A stretch of DNA of 62,436 nucleotides, counting the filler, from Kipferlia bialata (Eukaryota), in the NCBI GenBank assembly GCA_003568945.1. It is 5 parts of 5 records of this genome, joined end to end, with 100 filler letters (N's around TTAATTAATTAA, not from the genome) between each part and the next. Parts side by side here need not be neighbours in the genome. Positions count along the whole stretch, not along the records: positions 39,107 to 56,165 come from BDIP01000550.1; positions 56,266 to 62,436 come from BDIP01000560.1; 3 more parts are not named here. The stretch is one strand, 5' to 3'. The notes beneath the pieces are model-generated. The model made no database searches. It worked only from the letters and a program-made list of their open reading frames with translations, and was not told the origin of the DNA. Position numbers and translations under genes: made by a program. Positions 46,019 through 60,400 of the stretch are shown here, piece by piece (position 1 is the first letter of the stretch; every line of letters starts with the position of its first letter).

Positions 46019-49000
46019 ATGCCTGAGGGACGTGCAGGTATTATGGATATACGTACAGGTGTATGCATATTTGTGTCTTTATGTTTGTTTAGGGAGTGTA
46101 AGTGTGTTTGTGTCAATCCCTCCTCTCACCCATATGCAGATGAGGGTGTCGCCCCCCTCAACCCTGCAGAGCCAACAGTACCAGCACCCCACGTGCCGCG
46201 CAAGTCATCGAGGTTCAGCGTGTATATCAGGTAGTGTCTTGAGAGTCAGGCGTTTGACATCCATACGTAAGTGTGTTCCATGTTGTGGTTAGCAAACAAT
46301 ATTGGTCCTACCAATATTCCCCTCTCTCTCATTTGCTCTTTCTGTCATTCTCGAGAGTGAACCCCCCCTTCCCCCCCTCTCTCTATTTCCTCTCTCTCTC
46401 TCTGCCTTGATATATACAATCCTCCTCCCACACTGTCTGATATATATCTGTCTCTCTCTCTCTCTCTCTCTCCATCACGGCCCTCTGTCTGAGTATCGTC
46501 CCCCTACTCACACTCTCAGTGTAAATCCACTGGGTATGTATACTATATTCATATACTATTATACATACATATGTTTGTACCCATATTGTATTCCTCACAC
46601 CTAGAGTCAAGCCCCTTGGTGCAGGGGGTGGTGGAGGGGAGAGGGAGAGGGAGGGCCAGACCCACCGTCTGACCTATGACTCTGAGGGTGTATGCATCAA
46701 GGAGAGCAGGGCAAGGGCTAGTAACCCGGAACATGTAGAGGGAGAGGAGGGAGTGTCTGAGGGACCACCCTGGAGGAAGGGGAAGGCTGCCAAGGCTGCT
46801 AAGGGTGCTAAGGGTGGCAAGGCATTGCACACATTCACATATGCGAGGAAGGTGGGGAGAACTCTTCCTCTCTCTCTCTCTCTCTCTCTCTCTGTTTCCC
46901 CACCCCCCAGGTCGTCCCCCCCTCCTCTGATCAGGCAGATGCATACACCCTCATGGGGGTGCCTGACATGATAGACGCCGTACTCGACGGTACGGGTATA
47001 TGTACTAGTATACTATGGAGGTACAGTAACCCTAAACCTATTTATACATAATAGGTGCTGGATGTGTGGTTATGCGTGTCTAAGAGTGTTGTCATGGAGT
47101 AGTATATGTAGAATGAGGTGTGGTCTTGTACAGCGTGCATCCCACAGTGCACTTACCCTCAGGCTACAATGTCAACATCATGGCCAATGGCCAGACTGGC
47201 AGTGGCAAGACACACTCCATATTCGGACCACCCACAGGTACAGTGTGGTAGTACACCCAGACTCTCTGTCTCTGTCTCTGTCAATGTATGTTTGGATGTC
47301 TAACCCCCAGTTCACTGGTCCTCCCCTGCCTGTGCCCCTGATTATATCATTTCTCTACCTGTCTCTCTATATATTGAGATATATGCATCTTACTCATACC
47401 TAGTTGACTGGACCTCCCCAGCCTGTGCCCCTGACTATGGTCTGCTACCCAGGGCTGCCATGGCCATATGCCAGAGACTCAATGAGATGCAAGGTATGCA
47501 TATCTCTCTCTCTATCTCTATCTCTCTGTATATATATACACATTCACAAAATTGTTAATACATCTCTCACATCTAGCTGCCACTGGTGACACCTATGTCC
47601 TGACCGGTGTCATACTCTCTCTCTCTCTCTCTCTCTCTCTGTATGTGTATTTACATGCTTACTCCTAGCCACCACTGGCGATACCTATGTATTGACAGGT
47701 GCCATGCTAGAGACAGTCTGGTCACAGCTGGGCGTCAAGGACCTGTTCGCACCAGAGGAGGTATCAGTATATATATAGTAGTATGTATATACATAAGTGG
47801 TGTATGGATTTGGGGTATACACGTAAACTCTACCTCTGTGTGAAGTTACTGTATTTCTTACCCCAGGAGGCCTTCATCAATGCTCAGCACGAGGTGGTGG
47901 GGGCAGTGCAGGTGGGTATGGGTGTACTCCCGAATTTGTATGTGTATAGTTAACCACACGTTCCAGTGCCATCCCTCCACCCTGAGTCTATCCGATATGT
48001 CAAGTGTCCTTTCTCTCTCTCTGACTGTATACTATCATACCTATATATGTGTGGTGTATCTTCATACCAAAGGTCCCTCTCCGCACCCCCTCTGCCATCC
48101 TGTCCTTTGTGTCCAGGGTGGAGGACAGGGCCACCAGGGCTACGGTATGTTATTAGTATATGTACAATAATATACACACAAATATGAACACATATAGTAG
48201 TGCTTTGGGTGGAGGCCAGGGCCACTAGGGCTACGGTGAGTGCATATACGGATAAATAGCATACACACAATTATATGCATGTCCTATACAGTCCAGGGAG
48301 GATAGGGCCACAAGGGCTACGGGGTATTTATTCATGTAGATAGATCACCAAGCAGACATAGTCAACTCTCTCACCGCAGGGCATGAACGATACCTCCTCC
48401 AGGTCCCACTGTGTGGTCCAGCTGAGGTATGCTCTCTCTGTCTCTCTCTATGCTCGTCCCTCTCTATTGCAAGCTCTTACAGTACATCTCCCATCTGTGT
48501 GGTGTCACATCAAGTACTCTCTCTCTCTATCCTATTCTCTCTGACCTCCTAGGATATGGCGCCACCTCAAAGCCTCTGGCAAGGTCAGGCACAGCACATT
48601 CAACTTCCTGGACTTGGCAGGTATATATAGATTGAGTGTATACAGGATACCGATATTTCCTCACCCTAGGTGCTGAGAGACTGTCCGAGGCCCACCAGGC
48701 CTATGCCAATGCCCTGGATGTACGGCGGGACATACATGCATATATGTAATCATAGTATAGTGGGCCATCTCACTACATCTGACACATCTAGGACTGTGTT
48801 TTCTATCCCTCTCTGTAACTGCATGTCCCCCACCTTCTCACCCTAGAGACCCCCCAAGGAGAGGCAGGCTCTGATGGAGGGAATGCTCAACAACTACACC
48901 CTCAACATTCTACAGCAGGTAGGGAGGCATATATCTATGTATCTATATACGTGTAGAGATCTAGATAGTATTCACAACTACACCCGCAACATACTCCAGC

Positions 49001-50399
49001 AGGTAGATGGGTAGGCATCTGTATACACTTTCGAGATATATGTATCTTCACATACCCCTATCTGACAATAGGTTGTGGAGCAGATACACGACAACATGAG
49101 GAGGGGCGTCAAGGACGTGGGTGAGTGACTCTCATAGAATGTGGAATAGGGTCGAGACCTCGTGTCTTAAAGATGTGTATTAGGCTGATTAGTTTTGAGT
49201 CATAACTAAGCGACGTCGAGGTGTCATGTTCAATCGCAAGTACACTCACCCCTAGGCTCAGGTGTCAGGTTCCGACAGGTGTCCCTGACACGCATCCTCA
49301 ATGGCAGCCTGGACCCCAAGAACGCAGCAATGACAGGTAGGGTATCTATGGACACCTACCAGAAAGGAAGCGGTTATGACAGTTTGACATACACTTATAG
49401 CACCTGTGCAGTGCCATGACTGGGCCTGTCCCTCACTATAGCATTATGCATAGTCACATGTCCTCCAGGCGGTCATGTCCTTACTCTCTCACCCCAGCCA
49501 TGATTGTGCCTGTGTCCCAGGCCCCCCATAACTGGAAGCCAACAAGAGATGCTCTGGTGTTTGGGGAGTCCATGGCGAAGCTGAGGTAAAGAGAGTGACA
49601 TGTGTTATGGCACTGATCATGTATACTAATAGTGTTCATATTGTATAGCAGTTGTGCTCTGGTGTTTGGGGAGTCCATGGCAAAGCTGAAGTGCAGTAGT
49701 ATATAGTGCTGTATTAGTAGTGTAGTATTGGTGTACAGTAGTTGTCCTGGTGTTTGGGGAGTCTATTTCCCAGCTGAGATGTGGAGTGTTGATACCTCAT
49801 ATACTATAGTGTATATACACCTATAGGTGTTCATCTATACTGACCCTAGGATGAAGCCCAAGAGACAGCGTACCGTACCTTATGGTGCCTTCATGAAGGA
49901 TATCAAGAGGAGGCACGCAGAGAGTGCAGCCGCACTTAGGAGGTATATCTATTTACATATACATATACATACTATATATACATATATATATGTATACATA
50001 GATATTATACTATATACTGCAGCGACACTCAGGAGGTATGGGGCATATAGTGCCTCTGATGCATACTTACCCTCTTAGCAGGGCAGGTATTATAGTCTGT
50101 GGATACACTATATACCTTTTGATATTTTCTATCTCACCCCAGGATCGACTGTGCCCCCATCAGTAGGGCAGGCAAGGGGCACGACAACAAGACATACAAG
50201 TACAGGTGCGTATGTACTGTATAAGTACACTTCCTTTACCATGCCAATGTACACTCTTCCAGATAGGAAACTGTAAAGTGATTGACCCCCAATATACACA
50301 CTGTTATATACTATTCAGTTGTTGACCCCCAGGAAGATCAGACTGGCCGAGTCCAAGACCCTCAGGCAGCTGGTGGACATGATGGAGGAATGTCTATAA
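46019..50399 (+). CDS. Divergent kinesin motor protein, about 20 exons
   Basis: FSVYIRVKPL; LDGYNVNIMANGQTGSGKTHSIFG; YGLLPRA; TGMNDTSSRSH; FLDLAGAER; FRQVSLTRILNGSL; ends LVDMMEECL* (TAA at 50399). Confidence 0.88.
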
Positions 50400-50748
50400 G
50401 GAGAGGGAGATATTCCATAGTAGAGAGGGGGAGTGCATTCCATAGTACCGTGTAGAGTGAGGGGGAGAGGCTCTCGTCTGCCCAAGCTGGGGCAGATTTA
50501 GAGGCCCCTCTATGTATAGGTTGGATGTGATACCGTCATTGTTGCTACCCAACTACCATTACCACTAGTCAGTCCATACCAATTGAACGTAGTAGCAGTA
50601 CAATCCAACCCATTAGCTAATTGAATGAAAGAGTATATTCTTCGAGACTAGTACATAGCATCTATTACCCACGCACTCTATCCATACTCATTCATTCTCC
50701 GTCTCTCACCATCTCTCTACAGTCTTGGTCTCACACCTTGCCTCCCAT

Positions 50749-51793
50749 TCAGCTTCCCACTCTCTCTCCCACTCTGCCTCCTCCTCCTTCTCTCTCCCTC
50801 TCCTGGGTCTCTGTCCCACCATCCATAAACATGTCCAGAATGGCGTATCCCCTCAGTGATGTATGCATATCAGCAGCAGCGACACCATCTACGACACCAT
50901 GCACTTCCCACCCCTTCCTGAACACCTCTAGCATCAGGGACCGAATGTCAACATCGGTGTAGTATGGCTTTGTCTCAACCACGTCTCCAATGACAAACAG
51001 ACTGCCATCACACTCTGCAAAGGTCGGAACCCCAACCACACTATAGTACACACAAAGCAGGTCTGTAAACTCCTGTACCATAGAGGGTGTAGTGCCCTCC
51101 TTGAGGACTAAACGGTGGTATGGCACAGAGGCAGGACAGGCACACTCTACTCCCAGGGGACAGTCAGAGTGTGTTCCCTCCTCCCTCCATGCCAGTAACG
51201 CCGTCTCCTTCTCACTCTGCTTCTGCGTATCCTTCTCAACATCATCTCTCTCTCTTACCTCCCTCTCCGTGTCCTCATGGGTTGGGGAGAAGTCGCATGT
51301 CACAGGCTGTGTGTCTTCGCCATCTCCCTCAATATCCAGAGTATCCTCCTCTTGCACATCAGCAGCCTGGACCACATCAGCCTCTAGAGCCTCCCCCCTA
51401 TCAGTGTCCTCTCCCTTAACAAAACTATGGGAGGATATCTCCAGAGGGTGTGTCTCCTGCGCATCTGGAGAGACTGTATCAGCATCAGGACTTGTGTCTG
51501 TCTCTCTGGAGTCTAGTGGGACAGTCCGCACGTTGTCACTCTCACCCGTATCCTCAGCTCCTGTGGCACTACTTACACACTCATCCTCACCAATACCTGG
51601 TATAGCCGAATCTGCGGGTGCTCCCATATCTGCTACTATGGAGTTGTCCCCCACTTCTCCGTCCTCCACCACCACAGCATCACCCCCTCTCTCACTCGCT
51701 CCTACCACTTCAGCGAGATCCGGAGGCTTCCCATCAATCATACTCTCCGTTGCGGTCTCTAAAGCTGCGAGGCCGACCTCTGTTGTGTCGGAA
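50749..51793 (-). CDS. Acidic hypothetical protein, terminal exon
   Basis: About 1 kb open frame after acceptor CTCATACCAG; upstream context interrupted by a poly-G run at 51846-51938. Confidence 0.5.
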
Positions 51794-51897
51794 CTGGTAT
51801 GAGGCAATGACACATTGACGTTGTATGACCAAATTCTATGATGGAAGGGGGGGGGGGGGGGGGGAAAAAAGGGGGGGGGGGGGGGGGGGGCGGGGGT

Positions 51898-51940
<43 letters not shown>

Positions 51941-51978
51941 ACCTATATATATGCACATGTCGATACAGAGGAAAAGAC

Positions 51979-52016
51979 AAAGAGAGACTAAGAGAGACTA
52001 AGAGAGACTAAGAGAG
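51979..52016 (+). repeat. 10-bp tandem repeat (AAGAGAGACT)n
   Basis: Three full copies plus a partial copy. Confidence 0.8.
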
Positions 52017-52468
52017 GATGGTACACCACCAGGGGGTACCAATAACTGCGCACATATGATCAGCCATTGAGGAGGACTTCAATACAATGTACCAGAGGGT
52101 ACGTAGACACTTGAGAATTACTAGCCAGTATAACGATACACATGCAATACATATGCAACTCCACCCCACTCACCATTCTTCCTCATACAATGCAGAGGGT
52201 ACGTGTACGGCGGCAGACGGGACGCTGGTGTACAAGACAGAATAGATGCAACAGAGCAGCAGAGAGATTCGGTTTTTGAACAAAGGGTTAAGTCAACGAT
52301 ATTGAATCCTATAGACAGGGTTGTCTAAGAAAAACCCTGTATCCATAGAGAGTCAACCCAAATGAGTAGGGCAAAGGCTGCCGTTCTAATAAACTGTCTA
52401 ATAATCTATTCTACTTCCTCTCTATCCAATCAATGTCCAGATAACTGTACTATAGATCCATATACCCC

Positions 52469-53188
52469 TTATAGTCCCATGAGTGCGGCAAATGCAGCCT
52501 TGTCGATCTTCTGGCCTAGGGTGAGGGATGTACACCATACATGTACAGATACAAATACATGTCCTAATATAAGTACCACTGCTCAATCACAGAGAAACCT
52601 GGTATACTGAACATAGTAAATGAAAAACAATACCGTTTGCCCTCCAGTCGTAACTATTAGACAGGATGAGTATAGCATATCGGAGCATATACAGTGTACA
52701 GAAGAGTACTCTGTAGCTCATAGAATAGTATATAGAATAGCATACAGCATAGTATACACACCTGGGTCAGGCTTGGCGTTCTTGTGGGGCTTCCTCTTGG
52801 CAGGCCTGCCCTGGGGGCCGCTGCCCTCCTGCGAGATAAGAGATGAGAGAGGCAGCTCCACACATATATAGAGAGAGTACTTCCTAAGTATATAGTATAC
52901 TGTATCCATACCTGTGCCTTTGGTGGCTGTGAGGGCCTGACCTGGATCTTCTTGCCCTTCAAGTCGGCGCCTGGGGATTAGCAGTATACAGATGTATATC
53001 ATTATAGAGGGTATATAGAGGGTATATATATGTACTAGATATGTACATGTATACAAGTACACTTCTTGCCCTGGAAGTAAATGTATACATTACACTTAAC
53101 ACCAACAGAGGTTGCTACTCAGACAGACATGTATATATACATATACATGCACGGTACCTGTTCTCTTAAAGCACTCGTCGAGTCCCGT

Positions 53189-53237
<49 letters not shown>

Positions 53238-53922
53238 CATATATATATTAATATATATATATACATATACAATATGTATATATACATTAGTATTACCTGT
53301 CCTCTTCAAGCACTTGTCGAGTCCGGCCTGTGTCTCAAACCCTACATAGGCAAAGCCTCTGTGCTTCAGGGCCTGGTTGTTAGGGTATCTTCATATACAA
53401 TCATATATTGATATATATATATAAAACACATCACTCATATATGTCACTCATATATCATAGGCAAAGCCCCGGTGCTTGCAGGGCCTTGTTGTTAGGGTAT
53501 ACCATAGATATATAGATAGACAGATAGATACAGACACACAAAGGGGAATACAGGCCATTGTGTAAGGACACACCAGATATACACACATACATATATGGAT
53601 CTTCTTGTTAGGACATAGACTCTGAGTCTCGAGTGTCTAATTACTCTCTCTCTCTCTATACACTAAAGGGTATACCTTCTTCTCCTCCTTCTTGTCTGCC
53701 AGCTGCTGTCCCTTCCTCTCTCCCTCCTTGGCCTTGGGCTCCTTAAGAGGCATCCTGGGGTCAAAGAGTATATATATGCATATTTAAGTATACATCGACT
53801 ATCCCATATACTATCTATATATACAATGTATGTAAATAGGTGTGTACGGGGGTCGGTCCACCTGATGTAGCAGAACCCCTCGATGTCGTCCAGGTTTCTA
53901 CTGACACACACATATATATATA

Positions 53923-53965
<43 letters not shown>

Positions 53966-55968
53966 CCAGTCTATCTACCTGATGTAGCAAAACCCCTCGA
54001 TGTCATCCAGGTACTCATCGAGGTCAGCCTTGGAGCAGCCTGGGGTGGGAGGGAGGTATTGAGGATAGGGACAAGAATACACTCTATTCATATATATAAA
54101 GCATACATATATATACATATACTCATACATACATACCCTGACTAATCTTGTTGATGTATGCCATGTACTCTGTGATATGTTAGTAATACACTATACATAC
54201 TTATATATACATATATATATATATATATATTGTATATACCCTATACATATTTAGTACATATACATATACATGTATATACATGTCCATACCCTGCCCAATC
54301 TTGTTGATGTAGGCCATGTACTCAGTGGCCTTCTCTCTCTTGCCCTCCTCCTTGCTCTCTCCCTCCCTCTCCCCCTCTCCCTGTGCCTCTGCCTCTCCCT
54401 CTCTCTCCACCTTGGCCTGGTGCTCCTCCTCAGCAGCTATGGCCTCCTCAACGGTCCTGGGGTTATAAACACATAACAATTATATATGAATATATACAGT
54501 CGTTAGGAGAAGTATACATTGCCCAGAGCCATGGCCACCTCAACAGTCCCAGGACAAAACATTGGGGCATTATGGATACTCATATGCTTACTAAAACACA
54601 TATCCCAGTTACCTGTGGCTCTTTGATGGGAACCCCTTTCCGTTGGGGCCTACAGTGGAGACCTAAGGGGGTGAGGATAATGATATGTGGAACTCTTCTG
54701 ATATACTAGTCACAATGACAAACTATTGGTTGTCCGACAGTGGAAACTTGGTAGGGTGAGAGTGGCGATATATATTGAATATAATATGCACTGTATAAGT
54801 GTGAGAGGACCCTTCAGGTACTTACCCTGTCCACCCACTGTCTGTATGACTATGTACATATGTATATACAAATATACACCTATTCATATACATATATATA
54901 TCCCCATACCTCATCCACCCACTGTCTCCCTCTCTTGACCACGCGGTGCTTGGCAACCTGGTGTTAAGTGACAGTGAATATGGATGGAAGTATAAATAAG
55001 GGGAGAGTATCAGACCAGAAGACAGTACCATTCAAATACTAAATAAAAGTGCTACGCTACCTTTGCCGCAGCCCCCTTCCTCATGTTCTCTGATGGAGAG
55101 TGGTCAGGGCCCAGCCTCAGGGCAGTGAACCTGGGGGTGAGTGGTATCATTACAATAATACACATGGACACATAGGTCATGACATCTATGTATATATTGG
55201 TATATAATAACTAGTCTCGTCAATTACATATTTGTATAAGTGTATAGTACCGTACTTCCTGAGGTCTCTGTGCACCCTCATGACATATGCTGTGATGTAC
55301 ACAAAAACATAGACATGGAATCTTCTAGTATATCCATGGGAGGGAGATATTGATCGTATGAGTATATACAGTATCAATAAGCCGACGTACTTCCTAAGGT
55401 CCCTGTGGACCCTCATGACATCCCTCACGCCCTGCATACAGACACACACAGTGTCGAGGAGGCCTACAAGCCTAGAAGTGAGAATTACATGTATGTATAT
55501 AGAGAGAGAGAGATAGAGAGGCAGTGCCCAGAGGACAACGAGGCTGGAGGTTATGGGTATGGAGGGAAGAGTCATAGTATTTGAACTGAGAATATATGTA
55601 GTAGTAGTACATACCCCTTTGGCTCTGGGCAGTTGGCTATGGCTCTGATCACAAGGGTGGCCACGGGGTCAGGGCGGGTCTCGTCGTCTGAGGTAGGTAT
55701 TGAGGTGTCCACTTAACAGGTAATTGAGTAATCTGCATACTATACAGTGCCACTCTATCTCATACCTGCTTCGTCCCCCTCGTCAGGGAGTAGGTTCCAC
55801 AGAGACATGGACACACGCATATATACACATATATATAGTATATAGTATATACTACATACTATATACAACATAGGGTCTCATACCTGCCTCATCCCCCTCG
55901 TTAGGGAGTAGGTTCCACAGGGACATGGAGAGCTGGTCCATATCGTCCATGGTGACATCCTCAGACTC
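52469..55968 (-). CDS. RRM protein, SART3/Prp24-like; 5'-truncated
   Basis: RRM: GCSKADLDEYL..IRMPL..KHRGFAYVGF..GKKIQVRPSQPP; HAT-like RAIANCP; C-terminus KIDKAAFAALMGL* resembles the Lsm-interaction motif (SNADFAKLFL). Confidence 0.6.
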
Positions 55969-56165
55969 CTAAGGATTAGGTATCTACATACATAACATAT
56001 ACAACGGGTATATGAGTCAGACACAGAGAGAGAGAGAGACTTGGTCCATATCATCCATGGTGACATCCAGACTCCTAGAAGTTAGAGTATATATATATAT
56101 ATATATACATATATGGAGAGAGAGAGAGAGAGAGGGGGGGGGGAAAGAACAGAGCCTGAGACAGT

Positions 56166-56265
56166 NNNNNNNNNNNNNNNNNNNNNNNNNNNNNNNNNNN
56201 NNNNNNNNNTTAATTAATTAANNNNNNNNNNNNNNNNNNNNNNNNNNNNNNNNNNNNNNNNNNNN
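56166..56265. other. Artificial contig-joining spacer
   Basis: 100 nt of N with central TTAATTAATTAA. Confidence 0.98.
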
Positions 56266-57413
56266 GTCCGTGACAGGCAGGGATAGAGAGTGGAGTGGTG
56301 TGGTCATAGGGTGATTGAGCGGCACTATATCCTGATTGATGTTAGCCCCTTCACTCACAGTATAACTAATATCTCGAGATGAGACGAGTAGCCATAATGA
56401 CCGACTAGTACTGAGAATAGAAAGTGCTAGTGCCAGTGGTGACGCAACTCCATTCGGTCCAGTGTTGATGCCGCACATACGTGACATAGACATAGGACTT
56501 GGCAGCGATGAGTGCCACATTGTGGTCAGTGATCACTGGTCACTCTAGCATGGTGACCACTACGGCTCGTGTTACACTGGGTCCATCAGAGTTTGATGAT
56601 CAAAATCTCACGGGAACAGGTTATGAGCTAGACTGTCTAACTTAGACGGGTGGGTAATCACACAGTGTATTTCATACTTGTTAGGACAAGTATCGATGAG
56701 AGGGCCGGACCCAAAGGGACCTGAGTAAGCTGGGTAGAAAGCATTGGTTACTGGAATACTATATATGCCTGTAACTATGCAGCATGGCATACTGAGCATG
56801 CTGTCCCATGGATGTGGAAGAAGAGATAGGCACCCAGGGTGCCGCTCCCTCCCTGACCCATCCACCTACCCACCAGACCAGCCTTGAGGTAGCTGTCTCC
56901 GTTATTATTACATGTAGCCAAACACCCTGAGATGTATTTGTGAGAGAAGGGCAAAGTCAGAGACAGGGCGGAGAAGATGATGGTACTACCACACCAACAA
57001 TGATTGTCACACTCTCCGACTTCAGTTCACATATCATATACACACATCTGTGTCTATTCCACACCCAGTGCGACGAGTGACAGTATTGGTATCACGGCAT
57101 ACGGGTGGAGGATCCCTCCCATCATTGTGTACATGTGTAAATATCAGCATATATCTCTGCCTTCAGAAATGAGTGTATCATGATCATGAACTATTGCCAG
57201 TTGTACTGAAGTAGTTGAATCCAATACACATTACATAGCCTGGCAACACCGTCGATTTATAGAATTGACCTCGGGACTTTGAAACGAGTAATTGATTAGT
57301 ACATGGTGTGGATAGGACATGACAAACATGCCAACGTTGGCCATCTGACTATAGCAATAGTCAGACACACAACAAAAAGAGTATCCCTTAAACATATAAT
57401 TAGATATAGCACC

Positions 57414-60400
57414 TCACTCTCCCTTTGGAAGATCGCTCTGCCACGTGAGGTAGAGCAGCACCTTCACAATCTCCCTCACACGCTGCTTGGGTCTGGGGAG
57501 CTGCTTCACCTTGTCCGGTCCCACAAACGGCATGTCGGGAGACAGGTCAGGCTCGAGCACCAGGGTGTGCCGGATGTCATCCTTGCTCACGTACTGGATA
57601 GAGACCAACTCCCCCTCCGCTCCATCTTGGCACACATCCACAATCTGGTTGGCGTAGAAGGATGTGAACCGGGCCTCCCTGAGGGTGGGCATCACGCTGA
57701 CCAGCATCGTGTCGCCCTGCACCTGGGTCCCACTGCCCACCACCTTCTGCACACGCAGCCTGGCCTGCCTCGTGAAGCGTCCAGGCCTGTAGGTCGAGGC
57801 AGCGCTGAAGGAGAAGAAGAACTCAAGGATGGGGCGTGTCACCACAGAGCACGTCTTGGCAGTGAGGGGAGGGCGGAAGGCCCTCTTGGCCAGGGCCAGC
57901 AGGCTGGTCTGTTGTGTTACCACACAGTCGTTAAGCTCCTTGGCCCAGCGGGTCAGCGTCTTCTGCTCTCTCTCTGGCACCACTGTCCGGATCACTATGA
58001 AGTGCTCCTCGTCGGCGTCCTGCTTCATCCGGTGTGCCCCCTTCTTCTGCTGTTGCGAGACCAGGGAGTACTTGGCATAGCCCTCGGCCTCGTCGGGCAG
58101 GTTGACGTCCAGGGGCTTGGCAGCATTGAACCACAGCATCAGGCAGTGGCTGTCGGGGAGAGCCGGGGCCTCCTCCTCCGGCCCGTCACTGTCGCTGCAG
58201 CTGAAGTCGGGGTCTTCCCCCACGTCCTGCTCCGAGTCTGAGTCCTCGTCCGTGAACCCTCTATCCGAGATGGTCACGACAGAGGCGGGGGGGAGCACCT
58301 CCCCGTCGGCCCCCTCCCCGGCCTCGACCCGGACGGTGCCGAAGGGGAAGGGGGAGCTGGAGTCGCGGTACAGGAACAGGGTGGAGCCAGAGAGACACAC
58401 AAACACAGAGTCGGTGAAGGGGAACCGGCTGGACGCCCCGGACCTGTCTCTATCCAGGCGCCGTATGAGCACTTGGACACCAGCAGCCAGGGTGCCGTCA
58501 CGAGCAGAGGTCCTGAGGCGCAGGCATATACTGGACGGGTTGCCCCTTGAGAGAGAGAGAGGCGGGAGGCGGTGGGCGTGGAACACGAGGTCGGCCATGT
58601 TGGTGGAGTGGACTAGGTGGTCGGGACCCAGCTTGTAGAACCTCACTGCGCACGGCTCGTACACGCTTGTCCCACTCGTCTGTACCTCATACATACCGCA
58701 GGCAGAGGAATCCAGCCCAGAGATAGCGCCTGTAAAAGTGGTGCTAGACACGCCAAGAGTGACACACTCGGGGTATGCCTTCCTGTCCTGCCCCCCCTCT
58801 GCCACCTCCTCCTCCACATCCCCCTGATCCTTCGGGTGCCCACCTCCCTGGGCCTTCTTCACCCCACGCAGCAGCTTGCGTCGCATCCTGCGCGTCTGCC
58901 TCGAGCGCTCCTTCTGCCTGTCCCTGGCGCCATGGGATATGCTGATGGGGGGGTCTCCCAGGGTGACCACGTCTGAGTACGGGATCAGGACGTATATGGT
59001 CAGGCGGGACTGCAGTGTGACAAACACCATCTTGTCCCGAGTGAGGACCAGTGAGCCCTGGAAGGGTCCGAAGGCCTCAGTCTCGGGGGGCAACTGGCCA
59101 TTCTCCGATAGAACCAGAGGCTTCAAAGCATCTAGCGAGCACTGACACTTGACGCTGGGGGCAACATACTGCCCAGACGATATGCCGATGCCGGCCAGCA
59201 GCTCTGTGAGCCTACCCTCGACCGACATGGACTTGTCGTACGTGTCCTTGAGCTGTCTCTCGAACCCATGGTCATCCGGCGCAGTCCAGCGCTGCCTTCT
59301 GAGGGTGGACACGAAGGCGTCGCAGTCGAACTTGCTACTGGAGTTGCTGAATGTCAGCAGCACATCAACCACATTCCCTTGGGACACGTGCTTGATAAAG
59401 GCCCCCGTGGCGGTGTCGGGGCTGACGGCCTTGCCGGCCTGGATGGCGGTATCCACCATGTACGGCATCCACCTCTTGGCCTTGTGGCACAGCGCCACTC
59501 GTGACGTGTCCATACCCACAGTCAGCAGCCTGACCCGGGTCTCTGTGTCAGTGCGCTTCACCTCCTTCACATAGCTGAGGGCCAGGTCGTAGGCAGCATA
59601 CACCCTGCTGCGGTCAGGGTCCTGCTCACGGGTGTTGCTGGCACTGTATGGAGTGGGGTCAACAATGAACATGCAACGGTGCTTCACCACCACCGTAGCA
59701 CCTTCAACGTCATCAGTGTTGTCGGTCCGACCCTCGGCCAGCACAGACTCACTGCACTTCACCATGGTAGCTCTGGTGGCCCCTCCTTCGAGGAGGCGGG
59801 AGAAGAGGACCATCGGGGCATCGCCACTCTCGGCTGAAGCGACAGGCGCGTCCATGCCCTCAGCCCCCAGGGACCCTTCCGTACCAACTGCATCAACGCC
59901 AGAGTCGCCATGGGCGCCGTCGGCACCTGCCTCTGAAATAGGCGAGGAGTTGGTCGGTGAGGCATCGACCAGAGCGCGGGACCCATTGCCGTTGGGGATC
60001 TCAAGGACGCTAGGTGGCACCTCCCCCGAGAGGTCCTCGCTGATCTGCAGGATGTAGTCTGCCCACAGCTCGTGGCCCTCCCCCAGGTCAAAGGTGGTGG
60101 AGAATGACACGGTCGCTGCCTTCACGAGGGACCCCCCCTCCTCCTCGTCTTCCGAGTAGTCCCCAGTCACCCCAAAGTCCATACCGTCGTCATCGTCCAC
60201 CCCGATACGGTTCTTCTCGAGAGAGGACATGTGGCGTTGGCGGTCTCCAAACACGTGGATACTTGTGTCAGAGAGGCGCTCCACCTTGACACCCTTCCCA
60301 AGAGGAATCACCTCGTGGATGTCGACGTTGAGGTCGGCGTTGTGGCCACGGAATGCTAGGTGGTGCTGTGTGACGTTGAGACGTCCACCCGGAATGTACC

